This document shows, one piece after another, positions 44,388 to 54,949 of a DNA stretch of 62,099 nucleotides. Source of the DNA: an uncultured Alphaproteobacteria bacterium (GTDB lineage Bacteria > Pseudomonadota > Alphaproteobacteria > Methylaequorales > Methylaequoraceae); the NCBI GenBank assembly GCA_902625895.1, contig CACODD010000003.1, forward strand, positions 1 through 62,099, written 5' to 3'. The translations under genes were made by a program, and so were the position numbers. The notes under the pieces are model-generated. The model was not told the origin of the DNA. It saw only the letters and a program-made list of their open reading frames with translations, and searched no databases. Numbering within the stretch: the stretch's first letter is position 1; each line of letters begins with the position of its first letter.

Positions 44388-45155
44388 TTATTTTTTAACA
44401 ACAAAAAAAGCTACACCTTGATGCCAATCACTGTTTTCGCCTATGAACAGCGAACTCGAGTTATCGGTAGTGGTTTTAATTTCTAATTTAGATATAATTT
44501 TCAATTTTTCATTGTTGATTGAGTCCAAAGTACCTTTTCTAACTTGCTCCCAGTTCCAATCATCAACAATTAATATAAACTTCTTTGTTAACGAGGGTAA
44601 AACTAATTTAATTGCATCATAATGATCCTGATAATGGTGAGATCCATCGTAAAAATAAATGTTTATATCGTTAAAATTTTGAAAATTAACTTTTCTGAAA
44701 TCTTTTTCTATAATTTGAATTGAAATATTTTCATTTAAAAATTTTTTTAAATTTTTTTTAAAAATTTCTTTTGAATCAAGGTCTGTTGAAAAATTTTGAG
44801 ACCAATCATCTATGCATGTAATGTTTACTTTATTGTCATAACATACTGAGCATGCACTAGAGCCAAGCCAAGAACCAATTTCAAGATATTTTGGATCCTT
44901 AAAATTTTTGATTAGATTATTCATCATTACTCTAAATTTTCTACCTGACAATCCCTTCATTTTTTTAACATCATCACGTAATTTTGATTTGCCAGAAATT
45001 GCACCTCTAAAAGAATTTTCAATAACTTTTGAAAAGGCATCATTTTCATCTCCCGAGAAGTTAATTGTTGTTTCATCTATAGAAAAAACATGATTTATGA
45101 TATTCATCATTTTTTTTTTCTTTTTCAGTCGTATTTTTGTTTGAATACTTTCCAT
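44388..45155 (-). CDS. Class I SAM-dependent methyltransferase
   Basis: LEIGSWLGSSA (motif I-like) and IYFYDGSHHY are present. The real start may be the MMNII Met pair at 45110/45107. Confidence 0.6.
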   Translation of the reverse strand: MESIQTKIRLKKKKKMMNIINHVFSIDETTINFSGDENDAFSKVIENSFRGAISGKSKLRDDVKKMKGLSGRKFRVMMNNLIKNFKDPKYLEIGSWLGSSACSVCYDNKVNITCIDDWSQNFSTDLDSKEIFKKNLKKFLNENISIQIIEKDFRKVNFQNFNDINIYFYDGSHHYQDHYDAIKLVLPSLTKKFILIVDDWNWEQVRKGTLDSINNEKLKIISKLEIKTTTDNSSSLFIGENSDWHQGVAFFVVKK

Positions 45156-45174
45156 AATGAATTAAGTTTAATTA

Positions 45175-46335
45175 ATGAATAATCTCTCAAAATGTAATAA
45201 TATAAATGATTTTAGAAAACTAGCCAAAAGTAAATTACCTTTTCCAATTTTTCATTATATAGATGGCGGTGCTGACGATGAAACGACTCTAAAAAGAAAT
45301 ACTAAATCATTCGAAGATTGTGATTTAGTTCCAAATGTATTAAGAGGAGTTGAGAATATTGATTTATCAATTAAGTTGTTTGGTAAAACAATTGACTTAC
45401 CTTTTTTTCTTTCACCAACAGCACTACAACGTCTTTTTCATTATGAAGGTGAAATGGCAGTTGGTCAGGCAGCTGAGTCTTTTAATACTTTTTTTGGCAT
45501 ATCTTCTCTCTCAACAGTTTCAGCTAGCGAAATAAGCAAATTAAAGGGACCAAAAATTTTCCAACTCTACTACCATAAAGATAAAGAACTAACAAAAAAT
45601 ATGATTGATGAATGCAAAGAGAAAAAATTTGACGCACTAGCATTAACAGTGGATACAATAACAGGAGGAAATAGAGAAAGAGATTTAAAAACTGGTTTCA
45701 CCTCTCCACCTAAATTTACTTTAAAAAGTATTTTTAGTTATGCAACGTCGCCTTCTTGGACTTTAAATTATTTAGTTAGGAAAAAATTTGATCTTCCTTT
45801 TTTGAGTGATTACGTTGGGGAAGGTACAAAGTTCGCAGTATCTGTGAGTGACTATTTTAGTACAATGTTGGATCAAAGTATGTCATGGAAAAATGCTGAA
45901 GAAATAAGAAAATATTGGAATGGTCCTTTTTGCCTTAAAGGAATAATGTCTGTAGAAGACGCGAAAAAAGCTGTTAAGATTGGTGCTTCTGCAATAATGA
46001 TATCAAATCATGGAGGACGTCAACTCGACGGATCAAGGTCTCCATTTGATCAACTAAAAGAAATTCTTGATGCAGTCGGAGGAAAAATAGAAGTTATTTG
46101 TGATGGAGGTATAAGAAGAGGAACGCACATTCTCAAAGCTTTATCTCTAGGAGCTAATGCGTGTTCTGGCGGAAGATTGTATTTATACGCTTTGGCAGCA
46201 GCAGGAAGAGAGGGGGTTGAAAAAACTCTAGAAAACCTCCAAAATGAATTAATTAGAAATATGAAGTTGTTAGGGTGTAAAAAAATTTCTGAATTAAATC
46301 GTGACAATGTTCGTTTTAGAAATGTTAAAGACTAA
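45175..46335 (+). CDS. FMN-dependent alpha-hydroxy-acid dehydrogenase (L-lactate dehydrogenase/glycolate oxidase family)
   Basis: The SNHGGRQLD and DGGIRRG motifs are present. The protein is 386 aa. Confidence 0.9.
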   Translation: MNNLSKCNNINDFRKLAKSKLPFPIFHYIDGGADDETTLKRNTKSFEDCDLVPNVLRGVENIDLSIKLFGKTIDLPFFLSPTALQRLFHYEGEMAVGQAAESFNTFFGISSLSTVSASEISKLKGPKIFQLYYHKDKELTKNMIDECKEKKFDALALTVDTITGGNRERDLKTGFTSPPKFTLKSIFSYATSPSWTLNYLVRKKFDLPFLSDYVGEGTKFAVSVSDYFSTMLDQSMSWKNAEEIRKYWNGPFCLKGIMSVEDAKKAVKIGASAIMISNHGGRQLDGSRSPFDQLKEILDAVGGKIEVICDGGIRRGTHILKALSLGANACSGGRLYLYALAAAGREGVEKTLENLQNELIRNMKLLGCKKISELNRDNVRFRNVKD

Positions 46336-47323
46336 TTTTAATAAAACTTTTTATCTTTTAGCAATTTTTATTTTTCTGCAACCGACCTATTCATTAGGTA
46401 AAAGTGCTGATTCACCCGATCTTGATAAATTTCAAAAAAATAAAATATCCTGGAATGAGTGGATTTTAAAAACCAAGAATGATCTTAAAAACAAAAATTA
46501 CAAGGATAATACTTTAAATTATCTTGATAATATTAAATTTAATCCAAGGGTCATTGAGTTAGACAGAAAACAGCCTGAATTCAGACTAACTTTTGACAAA
46601 TATTTAAAAAATGTTGTTAATACAAAAAGTAGAAAAAAAATTAATGAACAATATTATAAAAACAAGACACTACTTAAGAAAATCGAGTTAGAATTTAATG
46701 TAAGTGCTAAAATTTTATCAGCTTTATGGGGGATTGAAACTTCATTTGGCAAACATACGGGTAAAATGGACATAATCAGATCTTTAGCATCCTTAGCATA
46801 TGATGGAAGAAGAAAAGAATTTTTTACCAAAGAACTCGAGAACGCACTAAATATACTCGAAAGTAATCATTTTGAAAGAAATTCATTCAAGGGTTCATGG
46901 GCTGGCGCATTTGGTCAAACTCAATTTATGCCAAGTACTTTTTTAAAACATGCAATTGATTTTGATGGTGATTCAAGAGTAAATCTATTTAAAAAACCCG
47001 ATGCATTGGCATCTGGCGCAAATTATTTAAAAAAAATTGGCTGGAATAACAATTTGCAATGGGGTGAAGAAATAAATATTCAATTAACAGATGCATTGAG
47101 AAAATTAGCAAAAAATAAAGTTTATAAAGATATTACTTTTTGGTCAGGTAATGGAATCAAATTAAAAAAAGAATATGGCCAATCTAAACTTAAACTCGTT
47201 ATTCCTGATTCAAATTATAATGAATGTTATCTTGTTTCAAAAAACTATGATGTTATATTAAATTGGAATAGGTCTAATTATTTCGCATTAACAGTATTTT
47301 TATTCTCTGATGAAATTAAATAA
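46322..47323 (+). CDS. Lytic murein transglycosylase (MltB/SLT_2-like)
   Basis: WGIETSFG and GAFGQTQFMPSTF are present. The start is ambiguous (46301 GTG, 46307 or 46322 ATG). Confidence 0.85.
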   Translation: MLKTNFNKTFYLLAIFIFLQPTYSLGKSADSPDLDKFQKNKISWNEWILKTKNDLKNKNYKDNTLNYLDNIKFNPRVIELDRKQPEFRLTFDKYLKNVVNTKSRKKINEQYYKNKTLLKKIELEFNVSAKILSALWGIETSFGKHTGKMDIIRSLASLAYDGRRKEFFTKELENALNILESNHFERNSFKGSWAGAFGQTQFMPSTFLKHAIDFDGDSRVNLFKKPDALASGANYLKKIGWNNNLQWGEEINIQLTDALRKLAKNKVYKDITFWSGNGIKLKKEYGQSKLKLVIPDSNYNECYLVSKNYDVILNWNRSNYFALTVFLFSDEIK

Positions 47324-48212
47324 AATTTTTACCTCCTTGAAATTTCAAATCATTTTCTTGATTCCATTTTTTTTATTGGGGTGTTCTGAAGCAACATTTC
47401 TTGTTAATTCTGCAAAAAGAATAGGAACATGGGGAGATGAACCGATATATAAAATAGGTACTCCATATAAGATTAATGGTAAATGGTACTATCCAGCTGT
47501 TGATTATGACTATGAAGAAATTGGCATTGCATCATGGTATGGACCAGGGTTTCATGGGAAAAAAACAGCAAATGGAGAAATTTTTGACCAAAACAAGGTT
47601 TCTGCGGCACATAGAACATTACCAATGCCTTCAATAGTAAGAGTTACTAATCTTGAAAATGGAAAAGTACTCCCAAAGGTAAGAGTAAATGACAGGGGGC
47701 CTTTTGCTGGAAACAGAATAATTGATTTATCAAAAAAAGCTGCACAAGAACTGGGTTTTGTGAATACAGGGATAGCTAAAGTAAAAGTTGAAATTTTGGA
47801 AAATGAGTCAAGAGAACATGCATTAGTTAATTCAGGTAATAAAATAACAAAAGTTGAGTCTGCTGAAATTAAAGAAATTAAGAAAACAGAAATCGCAAAT
47901 AATTTTGATAAGCATAAAATCAAAAAAAAAGAGAAAAAAAAATCGCAAAATGAAGACTTTGACGAGCAAAACTCTATTTTAAGTGATAAACAATTAGCTA
48001 TTCAAGTTGGCGCATTCACTGATCACAGAAATGCTAAATCATTAACTCAAAAACTATCAAACTTTCAAGCATATATTGAAAGGACTTTTGTAAATAATAA
48101 GTATTTGTATAGAGTTAGGATAGGACCGATAGAAAGTCTAAATTTAGCCGAAAATATAAAAAAAAAACTTTTTGAATTAGGTTACACTGCGAGCCATTTA
48201 ATAGTAAATTAA
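47310..48212 (+). CDS. rlpA: Septal-ring lytic transglycosylase RlpA family protein with a C-terminal SPOR domain
   Basis: Lipobox FFLLGC, DPBB core ASWYG..FHGKKTANGE.FD..AH.TLP..S.VRVTN, and a SPOR-like IQVGAF...A tail. Confidence 0.9.
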   Translation: MKLNKIFTSLKFQIIFLIPFFLLGCSEATFLVNSAKRIGTWGDEPIYKIGTPYKINGKWYYPAVDYDYEEIGIASWYGPGFHGKKTANGEIFDQNKVSAAHRTLPMPSIVRVTNLENGKVLPKVRVNDRGPFAGNRIIDLSKKAAQELGFVNTGIAKVKVEILENESREHALVNSGNKITKVESAEIKEIKKTEIANNFDKHKIKKKEKKKSQNEDFDEQNSILSDKQLAIQVGAFTDHRNAKSLTQKLSNFQAYIERTFVNNKYLYRVRIGPIESLNLAENIKKKLFELGYTASHLIVN

Positions 48213-48213
48213 A

Positions 48214-49353
48214 ATGAAATTCTTTTTAATACCTTTTTTCGTTTCTTGTTTATTTAATTATAAGGCTTTTTCACTAGACACAATTGCAAAACAAGCAATA
48301 CTTTATGATTATGAAACCAAAACAATAATTTTCGAAAAAAACTCAGAAGAACTCATGTCACCAAGCTCTATGAGCAAGATTATGACAATCTATTATGTTT
48401 TTAAAAAAATTAAAGATGGTGATTTAAAACTAACAGATAAATTTAAAGTAAGTAAGAAAGCCTGGAAGAAGGGTGGTTCAAAAATGTTTGTAAACGTTAA
48501 TACAATGGTTTCTGTTGAGGATTTAATAAGAGGAATAATTGTTCAATCTGGAAATGATGCCTGTATAGCTATAGCAGAAGGGATATCAGGAAGTGAATCA
48601 CTTTTTGCAGAAGAATTAAACCTTCTTGCTAAAGAAATGGGAATGATGAACTCAAACTTCACTAATTCAACTGGTTGGCCAGACCCAGACCATTTGACAA
48701 CAATACAAGATCTACTGACATTGACAGTAAGAACTATTGAAGATTTTCCAGAACTTTACTATTATTATGCTGAGAAAGAATTTACTTACAGTGGAATTAG
48801 ACAATTAAATAGGAATCCATTGTTATTTAACGAAATTAATGCTGACGGTCTAAAAACTGGACATACATCTTTAGGAGGCTATGGTCTAGTTGCATCTGTT
48901 TTAAAAAATAATCGAAGGTTAATTCTTATATTAAATGGTTTAAAACGAAATAAAGATAGAAGTGATGAGTCAGAAAGATTGATTAAAGTAGGTTTCAATC
49001 AATATAAAGTTATTGATCTTTTTAACAAAAATCAAACAATTACAAATCTTCAGGTCTGGGGTGGGAGGAAAAAAAATGTGAATGTGTATTCGAAAGAGAA
49101 TGTAAATCTTACTGTACCCAAAAGAATAAAAAAAGATTTAGTATTTACCATTAAACATTATAAACCATTACTAGCTCCTATTGAAAAAGATCAAAAAGTT
49201 GCTGATTTAATTGTTAAAAATAAAAACTCAGAAATTATTAAAAAATTTGAACTTTTTTCTAAGAATGAAATCAAAAAAATGTCTTTCTTTTCCAAAGTTT
49301 ATAATAACTTAAAATTTTTGTTACTTGGTGACAGTATTTTTAAAACAAAATGA
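48214..49353 (+). CDS. D-alanyl-D-alanine carboxypeptidase (PBP5/6 class)
   Basis: SMSK (SxxK), SGND (SxN) and KTGHT (KTG) are present, with a signal peptide. Confidence 0.9.
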   Translation: MKFFLIPFFVSCLFNYKAFSLDTIAKQAILYDYETKTIIFEKNSEELMSPSSMSKIMTIYYVFKKIKDGDLKLTDKFKVSKKAWKKGGSKMFVNVNTMVSVEDLIRGIIVQSGNDACIAIAEGISGSESLFAEELNLLAKEMGMMNSNFTNSTGWPDPDHLTTIQDLLTLTVRTIEDFPELYYYYAEKEFTYSGIRQLNRNPLLFNEINADGLKTGHTSLGGYGLVASVLKNNRRLILILNGLKRNKDRSDESERLIKVGFNQYKVIDLFNKNQTITNLQVWGGRKKNVNVYSKENVNLTVPKRIKKDLVFTIKHYKPLLAPIEKDQKVADLIVKNKNSEIIKKFELFSKNEIKKMSFFSKVYNNLKFLLLGDSIFKTK

Positions 49354-49988
49354 AGAAATTTATAACTTTTGAAGGTGGGGAAGGAACTGGAAAATCAACC
49401 CAAGCTAAATTGTTGTCAAAATCATTATCATCTGTTAATGAAAATAATTTGCTTACAAGAGAACCGGGCGGGACTAAAATATCTGATAAGATAAGAAAAA
49501 TTTTAGTAGAAGGCAAAAGTAGTAATATTTCGTCTGATGTTGAATTACTTTTAATTTATGCATCAAGACATCAACATCTAAAAGAAAAAATAATTCCATC
49601 GTTAAAAGAAAAAACAGTAATTTGTGATAGGTATATTCATTCAACAATTTCGTATCAATTTGAAATAAAAAATTTCGCTAAAAAATTTGATTTTTTTCAC
49701 CAAAATTTTGCTTTTAATTTAATGCCTGACTTAACAATTCTATTAGACTTATCTCCAGATGTCGGTCTTAAAAGAAGTCTAAAGATTAAAAACAAAGAAA
49801 CTAGGTTTGAAAAAAAAGATAAAATCTATCATGAAAAGATTAGACAAAATTTTTTAAAATTGAGTAAAAAATACAAAAATATGTATAAAATTGATGCATC
49901 TTTATCTAAAAAAGTTATCCATAAAGAAATAGTTGATCACATAAATAAATTATTATTTTTTAAACGCAAACTACCTTGTGTAATTTAA
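49350..49988 (+). CDS. tmk: Thymidylate kinase
   Basis: FITFEGGEGTGKSTQ P-loop, TREPGGT, and DRY. Confidence 0.95.
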   Translation: MKKFITFEGGEGTGKSTQAKLLSKSLSSVNENNLLTREPGGTKISDKIRKILVEGKSSNISSDVELLLIYASRHQHLKEKIIPSLKEKTVICDRYIHSTISYQFEIKNFAKKFDFFHQNFAFNLMPDLTILLDLSPDVGLKRSLKIKNKETRFEKKDKIYHEKIRQNFLKLSKKYKNMYKIDASLSKKVIHKEIVDHINKLLFFKRKLPCVI

Positions 49989-49990
49989 TC

Positions 49991-50875
49991 ATGAAACACC
50001 CAACTAAAATTATTGGACATAACGAGCAATTAAAGATTTTAAATGAAAGTTATCGTGTAAAATTTCCACATGCTTGGATTTTTAATGGAATGAAAGGAGT
50101 AGGGAAGTATTCAACTGCGGTTAATTTCGCAAGATCGGTTTGTAAAATAGAAAGAAGTTACACTCAAAATCTATTTGAAATAAATTCTGAAGAAAACCCT
50201 GTGTTGGTAGACGATATAAGATTACTTATTAATCAAATAAACCTGACCAATGCAAATGAAAATCAAAATTGCTTTGTAATTATTGATAATGCTAACAGTT
50301 TGAATTTTAATTCATATAATGCAATGTTAAAAACAATAGAAGATCCACCTTCTAATACTATCATAATCATTATTTCCCATGACATTAAAAGAATCCCAAA
50401 AACAATATCATCTAGGTGTATTAAACTTGATTTTAAACCTTTGAGTGAAAAAGATATGTCTGAATTCTGTAAACATAACAAAATCGAGTGTAAGCATTTT
50501 GACCTAGAAAAAAATTACTTTTTAACAAATGGAAGTATCGAAAAGCTTTTTTTTTTGATAAGTGAGGAAGGAAAAATTATTCAGGAATATTTTGATAAGT
50601 TTGAAAAGAATAAAAGTTTCAAGATGTCTGAATTTGAGTCGTTCTATGACCTTATAGCTCATAATTATGATAAATTGTTTTCTTCGATAATGAACCATAT
50701 ATTTTTTGTCCAAAAGAGAAGGTTTCTAAAGTATTATCAAAATAGAACTTATATAAAAAAAATTTTAATATTTTTTTCAAATATTAGAATTCTTTATACT
50801 CAAAATTTAAATATTGATAAAAAAAAGGAATTATACTACTTACTTTCAGAATATATCAAAACAAATGAATATTAA
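49991..50875 (+). CDS. holB: DNA polymerase III delta-prime subunit
   Basis: GHNEQ...HAWIFNGMKGVGK, LKTIEDPP and SRC are present. I prefer the ATG at 49991 over the TTG at 49976. Confidence 0.85.
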   Translation: MKHPTKIIGHNEQLKILNESYRVKFPHAWIFNGMKGVGKYSTAVNFARSVCKIERSYTQNLFEINSEENPVLVDDIRLLINQINLTNANENQNCFVIIDNANSLNFNSYNAMLKTIEDPPSNTIIIIISHDIKRIPKTISSRCIKLDFKPLSEKDMSEFCKHNKIECKHFDLEKNYFLTNGSIEKLFFLISEEGKIIQEYFDKFEKNKSFKMSEFESFYDLIAHNYDKLFSSIMNHIFFVQKRRFLKYYQNRTYIKKILIFFSNIRILYTQNLNIDKKKELYYLLSEYIKTNEY

Positions 50876-52394
50876 AAAAACTTATATCACTACACCAATT
50901 TTTTATGTTAATGATCTTCCACATATTGGACACGCATATACAAGTATTATATGTGATACTGTAGCAAGATTTAACAAATTAGAAGGCAAGGAAATACTTT
51001 TTACAACTGGTACAGACGAACATGGAATGAAAGTTGAAAAAGCAGCTAAATTAAAAGGTGAAATACCTCAAGACTTTGTGGATAAAGTTTCTCAAAATTT
51101 CAAAAATCTTTCTCAAACTCTTGGAATAATAAATACTGATTTTATTAGAACCACAGAAAAAAGACATAAAAATTCAGCTATTTACTTTTGGAACGAACTC
51201 TTAAAAAACAACCAAATATATAAAAGCAAATATAGTGGTTGGTATTCAGTTAAGGACGAATCTTATTATCAAGATAAAGAGTTGATTAAAAAAGGTGACG
51301 TCTATACAACAAAAGACGGAAGTAAGGTTGACTGGATTGAGGAGGAGAGCTTTTTTTTCAAGTTATCAGAATGGCAGGAAAAATTATTAAATTTTTATGA
51401 AGAAAATCCAGATTTTGTAATGCCTAAATCCAGAATGAATGAAGTTAAAAGCTTCGTTAAAGGAGGATTAAAAGATTTATCGATTTCAAGAACAAGTTTT
51501 GATTGGGGAATAAAAGTTCCTGAATCTGAACATATCATGTACGTTTGGATCGATGCACTTACAAATTATTTGACTTCGATTGGTTATCCAAATATCACAG
51601 ATGAAAAAATGGAGTATTGGGAAAATTGCATTCATATAATTGGAAAAGACATATTAAAGTTTCATGCAATTTATTGGCCTGCTATGTTAATGGCAATAAA
51701 CCATACTTTGCCTAAAACTATATTTGCACATGGATGGTGGACAAATGAAGGAAAAAAAATATCAAAGTCTTCGGGAAACACAATTGATCCAAATCAAATG
51801 ATTGAAAAATTTGGTTTGGATCAACTGAGATATTTTCTTTTAAGAGAAGTACCTCTAGGAAATGATGGTGATTTTTCAGAAGCTTCTTTAATTAATAGAA
51901 TAAATTCAGATTTATCAAATAATCTTGGGAACTTAATTCAAAGAGTTGTAAAATTTATTAATAAAAATTTCGATAATTCTGTTCCAAATTCATTGAGAGA
52001 AGAAGCCGACGGAATAAAACTTATATGTCAAGGTTATGAAATCATATTACTTGTAAAAAAGAAAATGAAGGAATTCCAGATCAGCAAATGTCTTGAAGAT
52101 ATTTTCTTCTACATAGATGAATTAAATAAATATATGGACGAAAGTCAGCCTTGGAATAGTTTTAAAATAGATCCAAAAAAAGCAGGAAAAGATTTATCAA
52201 TTCTTATCGAATGTTTTAGAATTATTGGAATTATACTTCAGCCATTTGTTCCAAATGCTTCCAAAAAGATTTTAGATATTTTAAATATAAATAATGAGTC
52301 AAGAGGGTTTGATAATCTCAATTCGGAAAATATACTTATGAGTGACCATATGCTAAATAAACCCTCGCCAATATTTCCAAGATATGAAAAATAA
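50865..52394 (+). CDS. metG: Methionyl-tRNA synthetase
   Basis: YITTPIFYVNDLPHIGHAY (HIGH) and KISKS (KMSKS) are present. The start is set at MNIKKTY. Confidence 0.95.
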   Translation: MNIKKTYITTPIFYVNDLPHIGHAYTSIICDTVARFNKLEGKEILFTTGTDEHGMKVEKAAKLKGEIPQDFVDKVSQNFKNLSQTLGIINTDFIRTTEKRHKNSAIYFWNELLKNNQIYKSKYSGWYSVKDESYYQDKELIKKGDVYTTKDGSKVDWIEEESFFFKLSEWQEKLLNFYEENPDFVMPKSRMNEVKSFVKGGLKDLSISRTSFDWGIKVPESEHIMYVWIDALTNYLTSIGYPNITDEKMEYWENCIHIIGKDILKFHAIYWPAMLMAINHTLPKTIFAHGWWTNEGKKISKSSGNTIDPNQMIEKFGLDQLRYFLLREVPLGNDGDFSEASLINRINSDLSNNLGNLIQRVVKFINKNFDNSVPNSLREEADGIKLICQGYEIILLVKKKMKEFQISKCLEDIFFYIDELNKYMDESQPWNSFKIDPKKAGKDLSILIECFRIIGIILQPFVPNASKKILDILNINNESRGFDNLNSENILMSDHMLNKPSPIFPRYEK

Positions 52395-53190
52395 AATAGT
52401 TGATTCACATTGTCATTTAAATTTTGACGATTTTAAAGATGATCTTGATAATGTGATTAAAAATGCGAAAGATAAAGATGTAGATTACATGCTTAATATA
52501 TCAGTTAATCTTGAAAAGTTTGAAGAGATTTACAATTTAACTCAAAAATATAAAAATGTTTGGTGTACCACTGGAGTTCATCCAAATAATGTTCCAATAA
52601 AGCTAGATATTCAAAATATTACAAAACTTAAATCTCAATTGTTGAAAAATTTACTGAAAAAGAAAGTTGTGGGTATTGGTGAAACTGGACTGGATTATTA
52701 TAGAAGTTTAGAAAACAAGCAAAATCAAATAGATTTTTTTGAAACACACATGCAAGTCTCTGGGGAAACAAATTCTCCAACTGTAATTCATACTAGAAAT
52801 GCAGATGAAGATACAATTTTCTTTCTAAATCATTTTGTAAAAAAATACAATTCTATAGGTCTAATACACTGTTTTTCGTCTGGTAAATCTCTTGCTAATT
52901 GTGCATTAGATAACGGTTTTTACATATCTTTTTCTGGAGTTATCACCTTTGATAAGGCAGACGAAATTAGAAAAATAGTTAAGTATGTTCCCTTAAATAA
53001 AATTCTTGTAGAAACAGATTCACCATACCTTGCTCCTGTACCTAAAAGAGGCAAAAGAAACGAGCCTGCATTCACGAAATATACATTAGAACAAATAGCA
53101 AAAATTAAGAAAATTGATACCGAAGAGGTCGCTAACGAAACTACAAGAAATTTTTTTAATTTATTTTCAAAGGCTAAAGATGCAACTTGA
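52384..53190 (+). CDS. TatD-family metal-dependent hydrolase/DNase
   Basis: VDSHCHL, IGETGLDY, HTR and ETDSPYL motifs are present. Confidence 0.9.
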   Translation: MKNKIVDSHCHLNFDDFKDDLDNVIKNAKDKDVDYMLNISVNLEKFEEIYNLTQKYKNVWCTTGVHPNNVPIKLDIQNITKLKSQLLKNLLKKKVVGIGETGLDYYRSLENKQNQIDFFETHMQVSGETNSPTVIHTRNADEDTIFFLNHFVKKYNSIGLIHCFSSGKSLANCALDNGFYISFSGVITFDKADEIRKIVKYVPLNKILVETDSPYLAPVPKRGKRNEPAFTKYTLEQIAKIKKIDTEEVANETTRNFFNLFSKAKDAT

Positions 53191-53956
53191 AATAACAGTT
53201 TTGGGTTGCGGAAGTTCTTCTGGTGTACCAGCAATTGGAAACAATTGGGGTGATTGTAACCCAAAGAACCCTAAAAATAGGAGGCTTAGATCGTCCATTT
53301 TAATTAAATCTCCTAGCGTATCAATATTAGTTGATGCTACTCCAGATTTGAGACAACAACTTTTGAATGCAAATGTTAAAAATTTGGACGCAGTCTTAAT
53401 TACTCATTGTCACGCAGACCATATCAATGGTATTGATGACTTTAGATTTTTAAACGTCTTAATGAAAAAAGATTTAAATTTGTATGCTACTAGAGAAAAT
53501 ATAGAAGAAATTAGAAGTAGATTTGCATATGTTTTTGATAAACTATCTCCCAAGGCCAACGGTTTTTATTATAAACCGTGTTTAATTCCAAATGAAATAA
53601 ATGGATCATTTAAAGTTAAAAATTTAGATATTTTGAGTTTTCAGCAAGATCATGGCTTTGGATTATCAACGGGATTTAGGATAAATAATTTTGCTTATTG
53701 TTCGGACGTTTTTGATATAAGTCCAGATATTTTAAAAAAACTCGAAAAATTAGATTTATGGATTGTAGATTGTCTAAGATTTGAACCACATAAATCTCAT
53801 GCACATTACGATAAAGTTATGAAATGGATAGAAATTATTAAACCAAAAAAAACTATTCTAACTCACATGAACTACGAAGTTGATTACGATCATATCAACT
53901 CGCTTTGTCCTGATAATTGTCAACCTGCATACGATGGACTAAAATTGATTGTTTAA
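53180..53956 (+). CDS. MBL-fold metallo-hydrolase
   Basis: ITVLGCGSSSGVP and THCHADHING (HxHxDH) are present. The start is set at MQLEI. Confidence 0.85.
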   Translation: MQLEITVLGCGSSSGVPAIGNNWGDCNPKNPKNRRLRSSILIKSPSVSILVDATPDLRQQLLNANVKNLDAVLITHCHADHINGIDDFRFLNVLMKKDLNLYATRENIEEIRSRFAYVFDKLSPKANGFYYKPCLIPNEINGSFKVKNLDILSFQQDHGFGLSTGFRINNFAYCSDVFDISPDILKKLEKLDLWIVDCLRFEPHKSHAHYDKVMKWIEIIKPKKTILTHMNYEVDYDHINSLCPDNCQPAYDGLKLIV

Positions 53957-54843
53957 TTATTTAAAATTATTTTTTCAAGTTTTAATATCTCTCCAAGGAA
54001 AGAAGTAACTGCCTTAATTCTTTGTAAATTGTATAAATTTTCATGAACAACTAACCAATACTCTCTCTTTATATTAACTAAATTTGGTAACACAGGAATT
54101 AAATCTTGATGATTTCTTGCTATAAAAGAGTGCAAGAGTCCCAACCCAACCCCTTTTTTAACAGCATGTAATTGAGAACGAAGGCTATTACTTGAAAATA
54201 CAACGTTAAGCTTGTTATTAATTTCTTTAAGATAATTTAATTCAGGAAACTCTATTAATTCGTCAACATAGCTAACGAAATTGTGACTATTTAAATCTTT
54301 TAAACTTTTGATATTCTTAATATCTTTCTTATAATTTTTAGATCCATATAGTTTTACGAAATAATCACATAACTTCCAAGATAAAAGTCTTCCTTTATTT
54401 GGTCGTGACAAAGATATAAGTACATCAGCCTCGTGGTTAGATAAACTTCTTGATTTTGTATCTGCAAGAAGTTCTATTTCAATTTCTGGGAATCTTTCAT
54501 AGAAAAGATTCAAGTTTTTACTTATTATTTCAACACCTAGTCCTTCTCCAACACTTAATCTAACCTTTCCTCTGATTTTAGGATTTGATTTTAAAAAATT
54601 ATCATTAATTTCAAATACTTCATTTTCAATCTTTTCAACATGTCTTAATAATTCAACTCCTTTTTCTGTCAAAATATATCCTTTGGGTGATTTATTAAAT
54701 AGATCAGATTCAATATTTTTCTCCAGCCTTGCAATTCTCCTTGCAATTGTGGTTGGTTCAACTTTTAATTTTTTCGAAGCTAGCTTTAACTTTGAACATC
54801 TAGAAAGTGCAAGAAAAGAACTCAAATCGTTCCAATTAAACAT
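53953..54843 (-). CDS. LysR-family transcriptional regulator
   Basis: The N-terminal wHTH (LSSFLALSRCSKLKLASKKLKVEPTTIARRIARLE) is followed by a substrate-binding domain. It is divergent from mmsA. Confidence 0.9.
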   Translation of the reverse strand: MFNWNDLSSFLALSRCSKLKLASKKLKVEPTTIARRIARLEKNIESDLFNKSPKGYILTEKGVELLRHVEKIENEVFEINDNFLKSNPKIRGKVRLSVGEGLGVEIISKNLNLFYERFPEIEIELLADTKSRSLSNHEADVLISLSRPNKGRLLSWKLCDYFVKLYGSKNYKKDIKNIKSLKDLNSHNFVSYVDELIEFPELNYLKEINNKLNVVFSSNSLRSQLHAVKKGVGLGLLHSFIARNHQDLIPVLPNLVNIKREYWLVVHENLYNLQRIKAVTSFLGEILKLEKIILNN

Positions 54844-54949
54844 GAAGATATAATATATTTAAAACTATTTTTTTAAAATGCTTTTTTGCATTTTTATAAT
54901 TCAAAAATTTAAATTGAAATGCAAATAGGTTAATGTAATCTTATCTTTA

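Noticed and set aside
44237-44398. 53-codon plus-strand ORF after yajQ (MKKKDDTFKK...).
   Set aside because: It has a poly-Lys/Ile low-complexity end, runs into the 3' end of the convergent methyltransferase gene and has no SD. It is likely a chance ORF in AT-rich DNA.
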